64,000 nt of DNA from Candidatus Eiseniibacteriota bacterium (GTDB taxonomy: Bacteria; Eisenbacteria; RBG-16-71-46; CAIMUX01; VGJL01): the NCBI GenBank assembly GCA_041946735.1, contig JBHGAY010000010.1, positions 64,001-128,000 on the forward strand. Direction: 5' to 3'. Shown in pieces: positions 20,434 through 30,552 of this stretch. The translations under genes were made by a program, and so were the position numbers. Position 1 is the first letter of the stretch. Every line of letters begins with the position of its first letter. Under the pieces are notes generated by a model that saw only the letters and a list, made by a program, of their open reading frames with translations, did not search any database and was not told the DNA's origin.

Positions 20434-22365
20434 ATGGCCACCGTCAAGGCGCCGCCGTCGAGAGTCCATGCGCCGTCCCCCTCTCCCTCCCGCATCCTCC
20501 AGCGCGCCCTGCTCCCGATGCTTCTGGTCTCTGCGTCTCTCGCGGCGCTGCATCCGATCCTCGAGGAAGATCTCTGGTGGCATCTCCGGGCGGGATCGGA
20601 GATGCTGCACGGCCTCGGGATCCCGCGGGTGGACACCTACTCCTACCCCTCCGCCGGCAACCCCTATATCGATCTGCACTGGTCGTTCCAGGCCGCCGCT
20701 TCCCTGATCCAGCGTGCGTTCGGCCTCGACGGCGTGATCCTGGTGAAGTGCCTCCTGGCGGCCGCCATCTTCGGGATCGTCTACCGGCTCGCCCGCCGTG
20801 GAGCGCCGGCGTGGATCGCAGCGTTTCTCACTGCGGCCGGCGTCGTTCTGGCGAGCGAACGCTTCCTCGCGCGACCGGAGATGGTCACCTATGCGCTCCT
20901 CGCCGCGACGCTCTGGGCGCTACAGCGGCATGAGGAAGGATCGCCGAGGGCCTGGATACTGTTGCCAATCATCACGCTGGTATCGGTCAACGTCGAAGGG
21001 CTCTTCGTCCTCGGGCTGCTCGTGATCGCGGCCCGCCTCTCCGGTCGCCCGCGCGACCGCAAACTGTGGCTCGGATTCGGCCTGTCGCTCCTCGCCACGC
21101 TGATCAACCCGTACTTCGCGACCGGCGCCGTGCATCCGTTGGTCCTCTTCACGCGGGTGAGCGGCGCGATGGCCATCTACTCGCAGACGATCGGGGAGCT
21201 GCGGAGCCCGTTCGCGCCGGGGATCCCCCATCCTGCGATCTTCGTCTTTCCGTACTTCCTCGCTCTCTGCGCCTTGGCTCTCGTCCTCCACGGGCGACGG
21301 CCGCGGCTCTGGGAGATCCTCCTGATGATCGCCTTCGTCTACCTCGGGATCCGCTCCCGCAGGACGCTGGCCCCTCTGGCGATCGTCGCGGTGCCGATCC
21401 TCGCTCGATGGATCGGGGAAGGACGGGGGACGGCATGGCTCGAAAGCAAGCTCGCGCCGCGAGCCCGATCGGCCGCGACGACGGCGGCCGCCGTGGCGAT
21501 CCTCGTCGGACTCGCCGGCTACGACCTCTGCCTTGCGAACGGGATGATCCAGGAGGCGATCGGGACGAACCGGCGGCTCGGGTTCGGAATCGCGGAGACG
21601 GCGGACCTGAGGCGTTGCGCCTCGTTCCTTCATGACAATCGAATCCGCGGGCCGATGTTCCACACGCTTTCCACGGGCGGCTACCTGATCTACGGCTATC
21701 CCGAAGAGAAGGTGTTCATCGACGGGAGGCTGGAGGTGCACACCGCGGAACATTATGCGGCCTACCTCGCGATCCTCGGCGGCGGCGACGCCTGGAAGTC
21801 CGCGGACGCGCGCTACGGCTTCCGTTGCCTCGTGCTGAACTATGCCGAGGCGCCCAAGCTCACCGCCGAGCGTCTCGCCGATCCCGCGTGGGCGCCTGTG
21901 TATCTGGACGACTCGGCGATCGTGATCTTGAGGGACGATCCGGAGAACCGGGGGACGATCGAGAGCCATTTGCTCACGCGCGACACGCTTCCCCGGCGGT
22001 TCCCGAGCCTCGAGTCCGGCGGCGCGGTCGGCGCCACCCTTCCCTCGGCGCGAAGGATTCCGCTCATCGGGCGTCTCTTTCAGTTCGAGCCGATTCCGTG
22101 GTCGGAGCTCTACCTCGGGCAGTTCTTCTCCATGATCCGCATGCCAACGCTCGCCGGAGCCCAGTACGAGAAGGCCGTGAGGAGGTCGCCGCATTCGCTG
22201 ACGGCGAGGCTCCTCCTCGCCGAGGCGCTCGGCGGGATGGGGGAAGAAGCGGCGGCGCTGCGCGTGCTGGACGGGGCGGCGCCGCTGGCAGGCCGCCCGG
22301 CCGACCGCCAAAGGCTTGCCGCGGCAAGGACTGCCATCGAAGCGGCCACCCGGGCGCCGCGCTAA
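20434..22365 (+). CDS. Polytopic membrane protein (possible GT-C-fold glycosyltransferase) with C-terminal TPR-like helices
   Basis: EDLWWHLRAG, HWSFQ, ARPE, INPY, GGYLIY and FIDGR motifs; many TM segments. Confidence 0.65.
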   Translation: MATVKAPPSRVHAPSPSPSRILQRALLPMLLVSASLAALHPILEEDLWWHLRAGSEMLHGLGIPRVDTYSYPSAGNPYIDLHWSFQAAASLIQRAFGLDGVILVKCLLAAAIFGIVYRLARRGAPAWIAAFLTAAGVVLASERFLARPEMVTYALLAATLWALQRHEEGSPRAWILLPIITLVSVNVEGLFVLGLLVIAARLSGRPRDRKLWLGFGLSLLATLINPYFATGAVHPLVLFTRVSGAMAIYSQTIGELRSPFAPGIPHPAIFVFPYFLALCALALVLHGRRPRLWEILLMIAFVYLGIRSRRTLAPLAIVAVPILARWIGEGRGTAWLESKLAPRARSAATTAAAVAILVGLAGYDLCLANGMIQEAIGTNRRLGFGIAETADLRRCASFLHDNRIRGPMFHTLSTGGYLIYGYPEEKVFIDGRLEVHTAEHYAAYLAILGGGDAWKSADARYGFRCLVLNYAEAPKLTAERLADPAWAPVYLDDSAIVILRDDPENRGTIESHLLTRDTLPRRFPSLESGGAVGATLPSARRIPLIGRLFQFEPIPWSELYLGQFFSMIRMPTLAGAQYEKAVRRSPHSLTARLLLAEALGGMGEEAAALRVLDGAAPLAGRPADRQRLAAARTAIEAATRAPR

Positions 22366-22555
22366 GCGTCCGCCTTCCTGGAAGGCCTAAGGGCGCAGGC
22401 GCGCCCGCCCTGCGCTCGTCCCTCCGAGCGTCCGCCCGGCGCTCGTCCCTCCAGCCCGCCCGCGGGCGCGTGGCTCCCGGACGCCTCTCCGCCCCACCTT
22501 CCCGCCGGAGACCACCGCGCAGGATCCAGCTAACGCAATCGGGCGCTCGACGGTC

Positions 22556-22561
22556 TACAAT
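22556..22561 (+). promoter_or_regulatory. -10 box of probable leaderless transcript
   Basis: TACAAT 7 nt before ATG 22569, with no SD. Confidence 0.55.
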
Positions 22562-22568
22562 TCCGGGC

Positions 22569-23174
22569 ATGGATCGCATGCCGGGCCTGCGCGTAGCCGC
22601 AGCGGAGGACGGGGATCTGGTCGCGTGGAGCCGACAGGGAGACGCGGCCGCGTTCGAAGAGCTCGTTCGCAGGCATTCCCGGCTCGCCTACACCGTGGCA
22701 AAAGCGATCCTCCGCAACCGGGCCGATGCCGAAGACGTCTGCCAAGAGTCGTGGATGCGGGCCTTGCGTCATCTGGAGGAATGCAGGCAGCCGGACCGCT
22801 TCCTGTTCTGGTTCCTGCAGATCGTCCGCAACCGGGCTCGCAATCAGCTCCAGCACGACAAGGTGCGAGCGGCCGCGCCGCTGGAATCGATCGCCTCGCT
22901 TCCGGCGCGCGCCTGCCTCGCCGGGGACGCCGGTTCGAGCGGCGACCTGCTCGAGTGGGAGCTGGATCGCTCCGCGCTCACCGCCGCCCTTCGAGCGCTC
23001 CCCGGGAGCTATCGCGAGGTGCTCCTGCTGCACGACGTGGAGGGACTGAAGCACCGTTCGATCGCGGAGCGGATCGGCATCTCGGAGGTTCTCAGCCGCC
23101 AGAGGCTCTTTCAGGCCCGGTCCCAGCTGCGGCGGATGCTGAGGGAAGACTTCATGGGAGGTCCGGCGCGATGA
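22569..23174 (+). CDS. ECF RNA polymerase sigma factor
   Basis: GDAAAFEELVRRH, DAEDVCQE, WFLQIVRNRA, YREVLLLHDVEGL..RSIAERIGIS..RLFQAR. Confidence 0.93.
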   Translation: MDRMPGLRVAAAEDGDLVAWSRQGDAAAFEELVRRHSRLAYTVAKAILRNRADAEDVCQESWMRALRHLEECRQPDRFLFWFLQIVRNRARNQLQHDKVRAAAPLESIASLPARACLAGDAGSSGDLLEWELDRSALTAALRALPGSYREVLLLHDVEGLKHRSIAERIGISEVLSRQRLFQARSQLRRMLREDFMGGPAR

Positions 23175-23545
23175 GCGAGGATGACGCGGTGAGCCGCGGC
23201 TCCCATCGATCGAATCGAGGTCTCGTGGAAAGCGACTGGGATCAAGACGCGTTCGTGGAGCGCGTGATGCGTGCGGCGCAGCCGGAACTCCTTCGCCGGC
23301 GCCGCGGCCATCAGGGGATCGAGATGGCGATCGTGCGTCTCCGGATGCCGGTCCTCGCCGCCTGCGGCCTGCTCGCTGCCGCCTCCCTCGTCCTGCTGGC
23401 GGTTTCCCGTGAAAGCTCTGCGCAACCTCTGGAGCGGCCGCTCGCCGCGGCGCTCGGAGTGCCCGACCGCCTGGCCATCTGGGCCTTGTCGGAGGATCGG
23501 CCGGCCCCCGCCGAGCTGCTCACGTTCGACGAGGAACGGCGGTGA
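23171..23545 (+). CDS. Putative single-pass anti-sigma factor
   Basis: ATGA overlap with the ECF gene; DAFVERVM motif, then one TM helix. Confidence 0.7.
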   Translation: MSEDDAVSRGSHRSNRGLVESDWDQDAFVERVMRAAQPELLRRRRGHQGIEMAIVRLRMPVLAACGLLAAASLVLLAVSRESSAQPLERPLAAALGVPDRLAIWALSEDRPAPAELLTFDEERR

Positions 23546-24027
23546 GGGATGGGATCGACGCGCTGGGGCGCCTGCGTCTCCAGGCCGTTCTGCTGTTGAT
23601 CTGCGTCCTTCTGATCGGCGCGCTCGCGGGGATCGCCGTCGACCGCATCCTGCTCGATCGGGGGGACGGCCATCCTCACCGCCCGCCGCCGACCGGGCTT
23701 CCGACCGAGATCATCGAAGGGCTCGACCTGACCCCCGAGCAGTACGAGAAGGTCGACTCGATCGTCTGGTCGAGCCGGCCGCGGACGGACGCGATCTTCG
23801 ACGAGCTTCTGCCCCGCATCCGGTCGCTGGCAGACTCGGTACGCGCGGAGATCCGCCTCGTCCTGAACGAAGAGCAGCGGGCGACCTTCGACCGGCGCCG
23901 GCCGATGGTGCTCGGAGAGGAGCGTATCCGCCCGGAGCCGCCGCCGCCGGGCGGAGGCCCGATGCCGGCGCGCCGTCCCGCGCCTGCGGCTCCCGGATCG
24001 AACCGATCCGGCGAAGCGCCTCGCTAA
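23542..24027 (+). CDS. Membrane-anchored Spy/CpxP/heavy-metal-sensor-like protein
   Basis: GTGA overlap; TM GALAGIAVDR; LDLTPEQ and VLNEEQ motifs. Confidence 0.7.
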   Translation: MRDGIDALGRLRLQAVLLLICVLLIGALAGIAVDRILLDRGDGHPHRPPPTGLPTEIIEGLDLTPEQYEKVDSIVWSSRPRTDAIFDELLPRIRSLADSVRAEIRLVLNEEQRATFDRRRPMVLGEERIRPEPPPPGGGPMPARRPAPAAPGSNRSGEAPR

Positions 24028-24358
24028 TCGCCTGGCTGGGATCATCCCTTCATCGACCCGATCCGAAGAATTCCTGCCGGCAGCGCTAACGTTCCGTTGC
24101 CTTCGCCTGTCTTGCAGGCCGGGTGGTGGGTATCGCGTGCGAACAGCGCGATATCAGGATGCGACGGCCCGAGAAGCGGGGGGCGACGAACCGGTGCGCC
24201 CTGACACTTCGGCGCACGGCCGAATCGTGGCGACGGCTGTGGAAGTCGATGGCGCCGGGGCGCACCGGGATCTTTCCTGCCGCGAAGCAGGGGCGCCGAC
24301 AGGGACTGGAGGCTGACCTGTTCTGGTAGATCACGGAAGAACGCGCGAGTCATCGAGT

Positions 24359-24401
24359 CATGAGAGGGCGGCCCGTCGAGAGACGCGGCCGCCCTCTCAT
24401 G
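24359..24401. terminator. Strong hairpin between convergent units
   Basis: 15-bp perfect inverted repeat catgagagggcggcc / ggccgccctctcatg with inner cgtc-gaga-gacg. Confidence 0.65.
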
Positions 24402-24462
24402 TTCCGGGCGCGCCGTCGGAGGGCGTGCCTTCCGCCGCGGGCGATCGGGCGGGACCCGACGA

Positions 24463-24888
24463 TCAGGGGCGCGGCAGCAGGCGGAGGAGCGTTTCGATCG
24501 AGACCGGCTTCGCGACGTGGTACGCGAAGCCCGCCTCCAGCGCCTTCTCCCGATCCCGGTGCTGGACGTAGCCGGTCAACGCGATCAGGAGCGTGTGAGA
24601 CAGGCGGGGATCGCTGCGAAGCGTCCGCGCCACCTCGTGTCCATCGATGTCCGGCAGTCCGATGTCGCAGAGGATGGCGTCGGGGAGCATCTCCCGGGCG
24701 CGCTCGATTCCCGAGTGGCCATCGCACGCGATTCGCGCCTCGTAACCGAGGATCTCGAAGACCTGCGCGAAGCTCGTCGCCGTATCGAGGCTGTCCTCGA
24801 TGATGAGGATCCGGCGGCGAGCCGGCTGGGACGGGCGGGACGGATCCTGCTCGCTAGACGAGTCGTCCGCCTGGGAATCCTCTCGCAT
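24463..24888 (-). CDS. Single-domain response regulator
   Basis: RILIIEDS, PDAILCDIGLPDIDG, ALTGY and HVAKP receiver motifs. Confidence 0.9.
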   Translation of the reverse strand: MREDSQADDSSSEQDPSRPSQPARRRILIIEDSLDTATSFAQVFEILGYEARIACDGHSGIERAREMLPDAILCDIGLPDIDGHEVARTLRSDPRLSHTLLIALTGYVQHRDREKALEAGFAYHVAKPVSIETLLRLLPRP

Positions 24889-25128
24889 GCCGATGGGACC
24901 TCGACCCTCGTTCGCTTCGACCGTTCGTTTCCGACGCTTTTTTGGAGACCCGGATTTCAGAACGGCGATCTCGCGGGCCCGGGAAGAGGGTGGGCGACGC
25001 TGCGCACGTAACGAGTTCGCCGGCAGCCGACATGGCAGGCTAGCGTTCGCCCCGCCGGCGGTCAACGACGGTTTGCGCCGACGATGACGGATGGATGCCG
25101 GCAGCGCCCCCCGCGCGGGACGCTGGAA

Positions 25129-25166
25129 TCATGCCGGTCACGCCAGTCATGCCGGTCATGCCGGTC
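25129..25166. repeat. 4 x 9-bp tandem repeat TCATGCCGG
   Basis: tcatgccgg tcacgccag tcatgccgg tcatgccgg tc. Confidence 0.85.
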
Positions 25167-25216
25167 CTCGCCGGCGATCCTTGACCGGTGGTGCAAGCGC
25201 AACTAGAGTGCGCGCC

Positions 25217-25987
25217 ATGGAACTCGCGAATCGAATCGTATTCGTCACGGGCGCGAGCAGCGGGATCGGGGCGGCCTGTGCCCTCGCCTTCGCCCGGGCA
25301 GGAGCGAAGGTGCTGCTCTGCGCTCGACGGGAAGACAGGCTGGACGATGTGGTGGAAAGCCTGCGTAGGACCGGGGTCGAGGCGTACGGGATCGGGCTGG
25401 ACGTGCGGGATCCGATCGCCGTCGAGACGGCGATCGGATCCCTGCCGGAGCCGTGGAAGTCGATCGACGTCCTCGTCAACAACGCGGGGCTCTCCCGTGG
25501 CCTGAGCCGCTTGCACGAAGGGCTCCTCTCCGACTGGGAGGAGATGATCGACACCAACGTGAAGGGGCTGCTGTACGTCTCCCGTGCGGTGATTCCCGGG
25601 ATGATCGAGCGGGGCCGGGGGCAGGTCATCAACATCGGCTCGATCGCGGGGCACGAGTCGTATCCCGGCGGGAATGTCTATTGCGCTACGAAGGCGGCGG
25701 TGCGCGCGCTGACGGCCGGCATGCGGATGGACTACGTCGACACTCCGATCCGCATCTCGACGGTCGATCCCGGAATGGTCGAGACGGAGTTCAGCCTCGT
25801 GCGCTTTCACGGCGACCGCGAGCGGGCCGACAAGGTGTATCAGGGGATCACGCCGCTCTCGGCGGACGACGTCGCCGAAGTCGTCCTGTTCTGCGCAACG
25901 CGTCCGGCGCACGTCGAGGTCGCGGAGGTCCTGCTGCTGCCCACCGCTCAGGCTTCCGCCACGTTGGCCCACAGGAGGAGCGGCTAG
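25217..25987 (+). CDS. SDR oxidoreductase (YdfG-like)
   Basis: TGASSGIG, NNAG, IGSIAG, YCATK, PGMVETEFS; TAGAGT -10 box 7 nt upstream. Confidence 0.92.
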   Translation: MELANRIVFVTGASSGIGAACALAFARAGAKVLLCARREDRLDDVVESLRRTGVEAYGIGLDVRDPIAVETAIGSLPEPWKSIDVLVNNAGLSRGLSRLHEGLLSDWEEMIDTNVKGLLYVSRAVIPGMIERGRGQVINIGSIAGHESYPGGNVYCATKAAVRALTAGMRMDYVDTPIRISTVDPGMVETEFSLVRFHGDRERADKVYQGITPLSADDVAEVVLFCATRPAHVEVAEVLLLPTAQASATLAHRRSG

Positions 25988-26263
25988 CGCAGCGATCGCC
26001 GCCCGCTCCTTCGCCTCGGCTGCCGGCCCAGCTACGGGCTTAGTCCCACCAAGCGCGAACAGCGGTACGACCCGGGAGGGGAAGAGCCGGGGCCGCCGTC
26101 GCGTCCTCCCCCGTTGACACCCTCCTCGCGCGGGCGGTAGGACTCTTCGTTCCTCACTCCTTCCCTGGCGAGGAGGTTGCTCCCCGACGATGCGCTGCAC
26201 ACCGAATGCGACGACGAAGGCGACGCGGCGCTGCCGGTCGCTCCCTTGCCGAACGGCCCGCCC

Positions 26264-29200
26264 ATGAAGCGCCCTGGCGAGCGTCCACGCGCGCGTCCAC
26301 GCGATCGTCTCGAGAATCTGTTCCATCGGATCCTCGAGCTCCCAGCCGAACGGCGGGAACAGGAGCTACGCGCTCTCGCGGGCGCCGAGCCGGGTCTCGC
26401 CCGCGATCTCGCCGCCCTTCTCGCCGCTGCAGAAGCGCCGACCGGCTTCCTCTCCGTCCCATCCCTCGTCGAGCGCGAAGAACGCTCGATCCTTCCCGAG
26501 CGGCTCGGGCGATACGCGGTCCGGTCAGAGATCGGAAGGGGAGCGTCGGGGATCGTCTACCTCGGTCACGATCCCGACCTCGACCGTCCGGTCGCGATCA
26601 AGGTGCTCTCCGGCCGGCATGGCCGCCCGGCCGCGGACTGGGGCGACGAGCTGCTACGAGAGGCGCGGGCGCTCGCCGGGGTCGTCCATCCGAACGTCGC
26701 CCAGGTGCACTCGATCGAGCGCCTGGAGACGGAGTACGCGAGCGGACCGGCCGCTGCCACCGGACCGCCGGCGGCGATGCTGACGATGGAATACGTCCCG
26801 GGCCGGACGCTGGCCGATCTGCTCTCGGAAGGGCCGTTCACGCTCGACCGCGCGCTCGATTGCGCGCGGCAGATCGCCGCGGCCCTCGAGACCGCGCATC
26901 GCAGCGGCATCGTGCACCGGGACCTGAAGCCTCAGAACATCCGGATCACGCCCGATGGGCTGGTGAAGGTCCTGGACTTTGGGATCGCGGGGATTCTTCT
27001 CGCGCACTCGGCGCCGGAGCCGGGCGGCGCGCGCGTCCTTTCGTCCGCAGGGGGCGGGACGCCCGGCTATATGAGCCCCGAGCAGTGCCGCGGGGAGGAG
27101 GCGGGCGCGAACGCCGACCTCTGGGCTCTCGGCGCCTTGCTCTACGAATGCCTCACCGGATCGCCCGCCATCCCAGGGACGACCGTGGCCGACCTGCTCG
27201 CCGCGAACCGCACAGGCGAGGTCGATCTGGCACGGTTGCCCGCTTCGGTGCCCGAGCCGATCGAGCGCCTGCTCCGCGCTTGTCTGGCGGTCGACCCGCG
27301 CGAGCGGGAAGGATCGGCCACGACGGTCCGCCGCCTTCTGGGGGAGGAGCTGCTCCGACTGCGGGCCGGCGCGTTCGTGAGCGAGACGAGCCGCGACCCT
27401 TACCGAGCGAGCCCGACATCACGGGCTGGACGCGCGGACGGCGCCGCCCTGCCCGTGCGCCGCGCCCGTCTCCCGCGCCCGCTCTCTTCCTTCGTCGGCC
27501 GTGAGGCCTTCCTCGAGCGGCTCGAGCGGAGCCTCGAAGCGAACCGCTTGACCACGGTCACCGGCCCGGGGGGCGTCGGCAAGACCCGGGCGTCGATCGA
27601 GGGGGCGCGCCGGGCGGAGCGGCTCTACGGCGAGCGGATCTGGTTCGTCGACCTCGCCTCGGTGCTCCATCCCGCGGATCTCGCCTCCGAAGTCGCGCGC
27701 TCCCTCGAGGTCGGGCAGTCCGCGTCGGCGGGCGACGATCGAGGGATCGCGGAGGCGATCGGGCGGAAGGTGCGCGAGCCGTCGCTCCTCCTGCTCGACA
27801 ACTGCGAACACCTCGTTGAGGCGGCGGGACGATTCGCGGCTCGGCTCCTCGACGCCGCTCCGCCTCTCGCGATCCTCGCGACGAGCCGGCAGCCGCTCGG
27901 CATTCCCGGCGAACAGGTGCTGCCGCTGCCGCCCCTCGACGCGACCGGGGGGGCGGAAGGGGTGCGCCTCTTCGTGGAGCGCGCGCAGAGCCGCGACCCC
28001 GCGTTCGCGCCCGACGCGTCGCAGCTCGACCGCGTCGCCGAGCTGTGCCGGCGCGTGGACAGTCTTCCCCTCGCGATCGAGCTCGCCGCGAGCTGCGTCC
28101 GCAGCCTTCCGCTGGAGGAGATCGAGCGCCGGATCGCCGAGGGACGGCCGCTCCCTGCCCCTTCCGGCGCGGCGTCGCCGGAGCGGCATCGATCGCTGCG
28201 CGATGTCGTCGACTGGAGCTACCGCCTGCTCTCGGGCAAGGAGCGAAGCCTCCTCCGCCGGCTCTCGATCTTCCGCGGCGGCTGCACGCTCGCGGGCGTC
28301 GAAACCGTCTGCGGCGGCTGGGACGGCATCGAAGGGTGGGAAGCCTGCGATCTGCTGGCCGGCCTCGTCGAGCGCTCGCTCGTCGAGCCCGATCTGCAGC
28401 CCGAGAGCGAGCACGCGCGCTACAGGCTCCTCGAAACGATCCGGGTCGTCGCGGCGAACCGTCTGTCCGAGCAGCCCGCCGAGGAGGCGGAGCTTCTCTC
28501 CCGGTATCTCGCGCATGCGGCGTCGCTCGTCCTTCTCCGTCCCGGGGAGAAGGGGCCTCTGCGGGGAGCGTGGGTGCAGCGAATCGAGCCGGACTATCGC
28601 AACCTGGTCCACGCGCTCGACCTCTCTCTCGAAGCGGGCCGGCTGGACCTCGCCTTCGCCATCGCCGATCCCCTGAGCTACTACTGGGTCCAGACCGGTC
28701 ATTGGACCGAGGGGGCCGGCTGGCTCGACCGCCTGCTCGAAGCCCGCCGGCCCGAGCCGTCCCTCGAAGTTCCGACGAAGGACGGAATCGAGGGCCCGCG
28801 CGAACACAAGGGCGGCGGGCGCCGCGCGCCGCACCGGGCCGATGAGATCCGCCTGCTCGCGCAGGCCGGGCTGTTGCGCGCTCTTCGTGGCCGGCTCGAC
28901 GAAGCGCAGCCGGTGGCCGACGAGGCGCTCGCACTGGCTGCCGCATTCGGCGAGCCTGGTCCGCTTGCGCTCGCGCACGAGTCGGCGGCGGTGCTGACCT
29001 ACCGCCGCGGCGACGTGGACGGCGCGCAGCGCCACTTCGAACGGAGCCTCCGGGCGTTCGAGGAGGATGGGGATCGCGGAGGAGTCGCCGTCACGATCGG
29101 CAATCTCGGGGTCGTCCAGAGCACGCGCGGGGATCATCCCGCCGCGCTTCGCTTGTATCGCCAGTATCTCGATCTCGCCCGCGAGATGCAGGACCGCCTG

Positions 29201-29716
29201 GCCGAAGCGAAGGCGCTCACGAACCTCGGCTGGACGGCGATGACGATCGGCTCCGTGGACGAGGCGCGCGGCTACCTCGAGGAGGCGCGCGCCGTCCACG
29301 AGGAGAACGCCGACCTTCCCGGCCTCGCGCAGATCCACCAGCATCTCGGGGACCTCGCCGCAGGCCAGGGAGACGTGACGAGGGCGCGCGCGCACCTGCT
29401 CGAGTCGTGCCGGCTGCGCCGGAAGATCGGCGACGAGAGCGGCATGGGAAGCGGTCTCGCTTCCCTCGCCCGCCTGGCCGATCGGGAGTCGCGCCCGCTC
29501 CTCGCGAGCGAGATCGTCAGCGGCTTGCTCGCGCTCGCGGATGCGGGCCGCTTCCCGTGCCGGCCCGAGACGCTCGCCTCGCTCCGCGAATGGGCGGCCG
29601 ATCTGGCGGGACGGATCGGCGAGGACGCCTGGCGAGAGGCGGCCGAGCGAGCCGGCGGCAAGGGGATGACGGAGCTGCTCGACCTCGCAGGCGAGGCCGC
29701 GCCGGGATCGCGATGA
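26264..29716 (+). CDS. Ser/Thr kinase - STAND (NB-ARC-like) ATPase - TPR protein
   Basis: GRGASG, VAIK, HRDLKPQN, DFG, GTPGYMSPEQ; FVGRE, GPGGVGKT, LLDNCEH, ATSR, LPLAIEL; TPR repeats; no TM segment; alternative start 26177. Confidence 0.93.
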   Translation: MKRPGERPRARPRDRLENLFHRILELPAERREQELRALAGAEPGLARDLAALLAAAEAPTGFLSVPSLVEREERSILPERLGRYAVRSEIGRGASGIVYLGHDPDLDRPVAIKVLSGRHGRPAADWGDELLREARALAGVVHPNVAQVHSIERLETEYASGPAAATGPPAAMLTMEYVPGRTLADLLSEGPFTLDRALDCARQIAAALETAHRSGIVHRDLKPQNIRITPDGLVKVLDFGIAGILLAHSAPEPGGARVLSSAGGGTPGYMSPEQCRGEEAGANADLWALGALLYECLTGSPAIPGTTVADLLAANRTGEVDLARLPASVPEPIERLLRACLAVDPREREGSATTVRRLLGEELLRLRAGAFVSETSRDPYRASPTSRAGRADGAALPVRRARLPRPLSSFVGREAFLERLERSLEANRLTTVTGPGGVGKTRASIEGARRAERLYGERIWFVDLASVLHPADLASEVARSLEVGQSASAGDDRGIAEAIGRKVREPSLLLLDNCEHLVEAAGRFAARLLDAAPPLAILATSRQPLGIPGEQVLPLPPLDATGGAEGVRLFVERAQSRDPAFAPDASQLDRVAELCRRVDSLPLAIELAASCVRSLPLEEIERRIAEGRPLPAPSGAASPERHRSLRDVVDWSYRLLSGKERSLLRRLSIFRGGCTLAGVETVCGGWDGIEGWEACDLLAGLVERSLVEPDLQPESEHARYRLLETIRVVAANRLSEQPAEEAELLSRYLAHAASLVLLRPGEKGPLRGAWVQRIEPDYRNLVHALDLSLEAGRLDLAFAIADPLSYYWVQTGHWTEGAGWLDRLLEARRPEPSLEVPTKDGIEGPREHKGGGRRAPHRADEIRLLAQAGLLRALRGRLDEAQPVADEALALAAAFGEPGPLALAHESAAVLTYRRGDVDGAQRHFERSLRAFEEDGDRGGVAVTIGNLGVVQSTRGDHPAALRLYRQYLDLAREMQDRLAEAKALTNLGWTAMTIGSVDEARGYLEEARAVHEENADLPGLAQIHQHLGDLAAGQGDVTRARAHLLESCRLRRKIGDESGMGSGLASLARLADRESRPLLASEIVSGLLALADAGRFPCRPETLASLREWAADLAGRIGEDAWREAAERAGGKGMTELLDLAGEAAPGSR

Positions 29717-30552
29717 GCGAGACGGACCCGATCGGCGGAGGCGAGGAGCAGGGCGGGACGTTCGCGCCGGACCGGGAGAGCGCGGCCGAGATCGAGCGCT
29801 ACGCGCGCGAGGTGATCGGGCGCGAGGTGATCGGGCGCGAGGCGCTGGCGCGCGAGGCGCTCGCCGCCGGTGACGGGACCGCGGGGGAGGTTGCTTCCCC
29901 GGCCGCCTCGCTCGACGCCCTTCTCCCTGCGATCTACGCGGAGATGCGCACGCTCGCCGCCTATATCCTGCGAGGCGAGGGAGTCGGCAGGACGCTCCGT
30001 CCGACCGCGCTCGCGCACGAGGCCTACCTGCGCCTCGCCCGCCAGACGCGATTCGCCCCGGAGAACCAGCGCCACCTGCTCGCCGTCGCCGCCACCATGA
30101 TGCGCCGCGTCCTCGTGGACTCGGTCCGCGAACGAAAGGCGGCGAAGCGAGGAGGCGCCGCCGAGCGCGTCACGCTGGGGCGCATGGACGAGGAGGGGGA
30201 GGGGGAGGCGTCGGCGGCGGGGGAGCGGTCGCGCGCGACCGCCGCTGTCGATCTGATCGATCTCCACCGCGCCCTCGACCGCCTCGCCGCCGAACATCCC
30301 CGCAAGGCCCGGGTCGTCGAGCTTCTCTACCTCGCCGGTTTGACGCAGGAGGAGGCGGGGAGCGTGCTCGGGATCACGGCGCGGACCGTCCTGCGCGACT
30401 GGATGTTCGCGAGGGCGTGGCTCTGGAAAGAGCTGAGCGGGGAGGATGCGGCGCGTGCGCCGCAAGATCCTCCCCGCTCGATCGAGCGGAGTGCCGGGAA
30501 CGAAGGGTCGCGGGAATCCGGCCCCATCCCGCCCCCGGTCAGTCGAGAATGA
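29713..30552 (+). CDS. ECF sigma factor, kinase-associated type (TIGR02999/ECF43-like)
   Basis: IYAEMRTLA, TLRPTALAHEAYLRL, MRRVLVD..R...AAKRGG, RDWMFARAWL; ATGA overlap with the kinase. Confidence 0.92.
   Translation: MSETDPIGGGEEQGGTFAPDRESAAEIERYAREVIGREVIGREALAREALAAGDGTAGEVASPAASLDALLPAIYAEMRTLAAYILRGEGVGRTLRPTALAHEAYLRLARQTRFAPENQRHLLAVAATMMRRVLVDSVRERKAAKRGGAAERVTLGRMDEEGEGEASAAGERSRATAAVDLIDLHRALDRLAAEHPRKARVVELLYLAGLTQEEAGSVLGITARTVLRDWMFARAWLWKELSGEDAARAPQDPPRSIERSAGNEGSRESGPIPPPVSRE

Noticed and set aside
24042..24353. Small CDSs in the gap after the ECF triad
   Set aside because: No clear SD, motif or coding-like composition
26114..26144. Sigma-70 promoter (TTGACA) for the kinase
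   Set aside because: The -35 is perfect, but there is no good TANNNT at 16-18 nt spacing
26264..29716. Avs-type antiphage STAND in a defence island
   Set aside because: The architecture matches regulatory kinase-ATPase-TPR proteins coupled to an ECF; no nuclease/Sir2/TIR effector or neighbouring defence genes
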